From a virus (lineage: Duplodnaviria > Caudoviricetes), in the IMG/VR virus record IMGVR_UViG_3300020454_000016, positions 1-59,495 of that record: a DNA stretch of 59,495 nt; one strand, written 5' to 3'. Positions 57,029 to 59,495 of the stretch are shown piece by piece; within the stretch, counting starts at the first letter, position 1; each line of letters begins with the position of its first letter. Made by a program: the position numbers and the translations under genes. The notes under the pieces are model-generated. The model worked only from the letters and a program-made list of their open reading frames with translations, was not told the origin of the DNA and searched no databases.

Positions 57029-57874
57029 CTATACATTAGTCAGAGCCTTGAACTGTGATGAAGATACCCACTTAGACACTTCTTCCTCTCGTTTCCACAT
57101 GGTCACAGCCTTTGTGTCCTTGCCTGTGTTTCTCTCTTTGAAACCATTACGTTCATCTGCGTATGTGCTGTAATTGGTGAACGCACTATACAGAGAATAA
57201 AGGTTACGCCCTCTCTTTTGCACCTCTGCATTGTATAGATTGTACATTCTATCTGCCTTGCGTTCAGACTTAATCAAGCTTTCAATTAAAGGTTTAGTAT
57301 CGTGTGGCAATGATGTGTTCGCCCAATCTTGTAACTTCGTAGTGTGTCGCTTGAAATCAAAATCCATGTTCTCAATGTCACGTAAGAAATCATGCATACG
57401 AAAGCCACTTGTGTTCTTCTTACGCACCTTGTCATGTTCACCCGTAATCTGCCCATTCGTACAGAAACTATCTATTGCACCAAAATAAACTTGATTGGAA
57501 CACAAACCATCCACACCATGCAAAGCAACAACACGTAAACTTACATCTTGTGCCATCTTATCTGTCGTGATGGTAGTCTTAGTCGTAGGAAAGGCAAGGT
57601 CTAGCATCATAAATGCATTGTTCCTAGCAGTTGATATCTTCATATCCATATTTTTAACATCATCATCTGACAACTTGTCAAACAATGGTTGAGCAAAACT
57701 GTTAGTGAACTCTTGATGTGACCCACAATTAAAGTTGCTACCCACAATGCCTAGCACCTCATCTGTCACACTATTAACTGCATACTTTTTGTCATGCATA
57801 CGTGACGTTTCATAGTGTGTATTAAACTGTAAATAGTCAGGTAAATCAATAATATTTGTAAAATCTAAAGCCAT
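57029..57874 (-). CDS. DUF932-family protein
   Basis: VLGIVG...SHQE, HGVDG, FCTNG motifs. Confidence 0.75.
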   Translation of the reverse strand: MALDFTNIIDLPDYLQFNTHYETSRMHDKKYAVNSVTDEVLGIVGSNFNCGSHQEFTNSFAQPLFDKLSDDDVKNMDMKISTARNNAFMMLDLAFPTTKTTITTDKMAQDVSLRVVALHGVDGLCSNQVYFGAIDSFCTNGQITGEHDKVRKKNTSGFRMHDFLRDIENMDFDFKRHTTKLQDWANTSLPHDTKPLIESLIKSERKADRMYNLYNAEVQKRGRNLYSLYSAFTNYSTYADERNGFKERNTGKDTKAVTMWKREEEVSKWVSSSQFKALTNV

Positions 57875-57912
57875 AATTCTATCTCCTCTTTATGACGTTG
57901 CTCATGTAACTA

Positions 57913-57941
57913 GTTATATCAAAATTACTCGTAGTTGTCAA
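57913..57941 (-). promoter_or_regulatory. sigma70-type promoter TTGACA-N17-TATAAC
   Basis: Consensus spacing, TG extension, upstream of DUF932. Confidence 0.75.
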
Positions 57942-58446
57942 CACCGATCTCCTTTCTTGGAATGTACTGACAGTTATAGTTAAGCCAAATGTGTGCTTCC
58001 TCTATCTTATCAAAAATAGGTGGCAAGTACCATGTTGCCCCATCCCAATTGATACGAGCCAAACTCCACGATGGTTTATACTTTTTAACTTGCTCCATTT
58101 TAAGACTAGACATAGACCACTCCATTGATGTGTAGCCAATCATCTTACAATAGATATGCATCTGTGCAGTATTAACTAAATCATCAATCATTTTGTCATT
58201 GATGTACGGATACTTTTCTACATCAAACAGATAGTCCATTGCATACAGTAGATTTTGTTTTGCATCTTGAATATCCCAAGATGTAGCATATCGCATTTCA
58301 TCTACTAACTTGTGACCTAATGGCTGACGATTGATTTTGTGATCGACACGTTGCAAGACCATGAAGACATCTACCTTATTGTTCTTGCGTTGATGTGCGA
58401 GGGTAGACTTCACACACCTATGAATGCGTTCTAAATGAGTAGTCAT
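57925..58446 (-). CDS. Hypothetical early protein
   Basis: 173-codon coupled ORF. Confidence 0.75.
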   Translation of the reverse strand: MTTHLERIHRCVKSTLAHQRKNNKVDVFMVLQRVDHKINRQPLGHKLVDEMRYATSWDIQDAKQNLLYAMDYLFDVEKYPYINDKMIDDLVNTAQMHIYCKMIGYTSMEWSMSSLKMEQVKKYKPSWSLARINWDGATWYLPPIFDKIEEAHIWLNYNCQYIPRKEIGVDNYE

Positions 58447-58886
58447 TATGCTACCTTCCTTTTCTTGCCTTCTTTAATTAAGGTTTGTTGCTCCAACTCT
58501 TTCATAGCAGTTGCTAACTTTCTGAAATTATGAGAGGTGAAATTTTCTGGCTCTTTATTCAAGAACTTCCACCTAGAGATTGCTCGCATCTTTTCTACAC
58601 AAGTTCTACGTGCTTGCTCCTTCTTTGATAGAGTAGGATGAGCTTGATTTGCAATCAACAGATCAATGATATAGTCAACTTGCCAATATCTTTTCTGCAA
58701 CTTTTTAGCAATCTCCTTTTTGTTCAAGCCTTCCTTGAGAAGAAGAGATATTTTGTGCATTGATATTGAGTAATCCTCTTCCCCCGCTTTTCTCTTACGT
58801 GTCCAATCATACGCACCCGTATCTCTGATCTTTTTAGTTACTGCAATTTCATCTTCAGTTAGTATATTTTTAATTGTGAATGGCAT
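58446..58886 (-). CDS. Helix-turn-helix DNA-binding protein (putative regulator)
   Basis: LLKEGLNKKEIAKKLQKRYWQVDYII HTH pattern; AAGGAGG SD. Confidence 0.65.
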   Translation of the reverse strand: MPFTIKNILTEDEIAVTKKIRDTGAYDWTRKRKAGEEDYSISMHKISLLLKEGLNKKEIAKKLQKRYWQVDYIIDLLIANQAHPTLSKKEQARRTCVEKMRAISRWKFLNKEPENFTSHNFRKLATAMKELEQQTLIKEGKKRKVA

Positions 58887-58902
58887 GATGCCCTCCTTAT
58901 TT

Positions 58903-58926
58903 TAAGTTTGCCACGTGGCAATGTTG
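58903..58926 (+). repeat. 24-bp quasi-palindrome copy 6 (23/24 match)
   Basis: TAAGTTTGCCACGTGGCAATGTTG between the promoter and SD of the HTH gene. Confidence 0.97.
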
Positions 58927-58961
58927 AAATTATAAATGGTCATACTCGTTAACACACTATT

Positions 58962-58990
58962 AATATAGCACATCTGTTTATGTAAGTAAA
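58962..58990 (-). promoter_or_regulatory. sigma70-type promoter TTTACT-N17-TATATT
   Basis: 17-bp spacer; same TGCTATATTAA as the promoter at 157-185. Confidence 0.65.
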
Positions 58991-59004
58991 GCCCCGCCCC
59001 CTTT

Positions 59005-59166
59005 CTATCTTTTGGTATAACTTTTATACATAGCTTTAGCTTCTTTCCTTAAATCAGATACTGATATTTTTTTGTTCATTAATCTATACATACAATCTGT
59101 AATCCAATCTTGAGGATCATGTCCTATAAAATGCTTTACCACTTTTTTTGAAATTTTCTTTTTCAT
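59005..59166 (-). CDS. Small basic hypothetical protein
   Basis: GAGGAG SD before ATG 59166. Confidence 0.65.
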   Translation of the reverse strand: MKKKISKKVVKHFIGHDPQDWITDCMYRLMNKKISVSDLRKEAKAMYKSYTKR

Positions 59167-59167
59167 G

Positions 59168-59425
59168 TTAACTCCTCTTTCTGTATCTTCTAACCAAAAA
59201 TCGTTCTGTTGCCCATTTCCATGCATCATCATCTTCTGCTTCATGTATCGCTATGTAAAACGGATTGACCGATACGTTAGGCATAGTCTGTTCATAGTAA
59301 GATTCAGCAGTTTCTAAATCTGGAAAAGTGATTGTCCTACCATCATCATCATAAACGATTTGTTCAGATGTGATCCACCCATCCTCATCCTGACCTAATA
59401 TTTTATTGATTGTATAATATATCAT
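59168..59425 (-). CDS. Hypothetical acidic protein
   Basis: GGAG SD before ATG 59425. Confidence 0.65.
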   Translation of the reverse strand: MIYYTINKILGQDEDGWITSEQIVYDDDGRTITFPDLETAESYYEQTMPNVSVNPFYIAIHEAEDDDAWKWATERFLVRRYRKRS

Positions 59426-59426
59426 T

Positions 59427-59495
59427 TTAATGCTCCGATAAATGTACGATTGATTGACGATTGATAACAGTAGATGAAAAGCACCCACCCTTACA
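59427..59495 (-). CDS. C-terminal fragment of a gene entering from the window end (...CKGGCFSSTVINRQSIVHLSEH)
   Basis: Open frame whose TAA abuts the ATG at 59425. Confidence 0.45.
   Translation of the reverse strand, partial: CKGGCFSSTVINRQSIVHLSEH

Noticed and set aside
57300-57316. Partial motif GTGGCAATGATG in DUF932
   Set aside because: Only a half-site with no palindromic partner; explained by coding sequence.
2949-57692. Many short ORF-track entries antisense to or nested within long genes (e.g. 2949-3158, 5167-5520, 20018-20470, 52299-52661)
   Set aside because: They are shadow frames of well-supported genes, without SD sequences or motifs.
1-59495. tRNA, rRNA or phage RNA polymerase genes
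   Set aside because: No cloverleaf or T-loop pattern was seen in the few intergenic gaps, and no ORF has RNAP motifs. A tRNAscan run would be needed to exclude tRNAs fully.

Overview
The window is an essentially whole (probably near-complete) genome of a marine podovirus of the HMO-2011 type, the group infecting SAR116, Roseobacter and SAR11. The assignment rests on a family A DNA polymerase carrying a DnaJ-like CxxCxG insertion, a separate primase and helicase, a tyrosine integrase, a class II ribonucleotide reductase and no RNA polymerase. The + strand (about 2.2-42.4 kb) carries lysis, packaging, head, tail and internal-virion genes. The - strand (42.4-59.5 kb and 0-1.6 kb) carries nucleotide metabolism, replication, integrase and early genes. 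The most striking unexplained signals are: (1) six copies of a 24-bp quasi-palindrome, CAAGT-TTGCCACGTGGCAA-TGTTG, confined to the early/integrase region, four of them directly upstream of a Shine-Dalgarno sequence, including an in-frame internal start in the primase; (2) a roughly 85-nt small RNA with its own promoter and terminator and an anti-SD loop, at the convergence of the two arms; (3) a recurring hydrophobic-x-x-G-G peptide tag in putative virion cargo proteins, one of which is a split ADP-ribosyltransferase-like protein; (4) an AT-rich 1.7-kb island bounded by an inverted G/C-rich motif; (5) three tandem MRVIG tail-protein paralogues; (6) an ABC-ATPase/GNAT fusion. All family assignments are by motif recognition by eye; no database searches were run.
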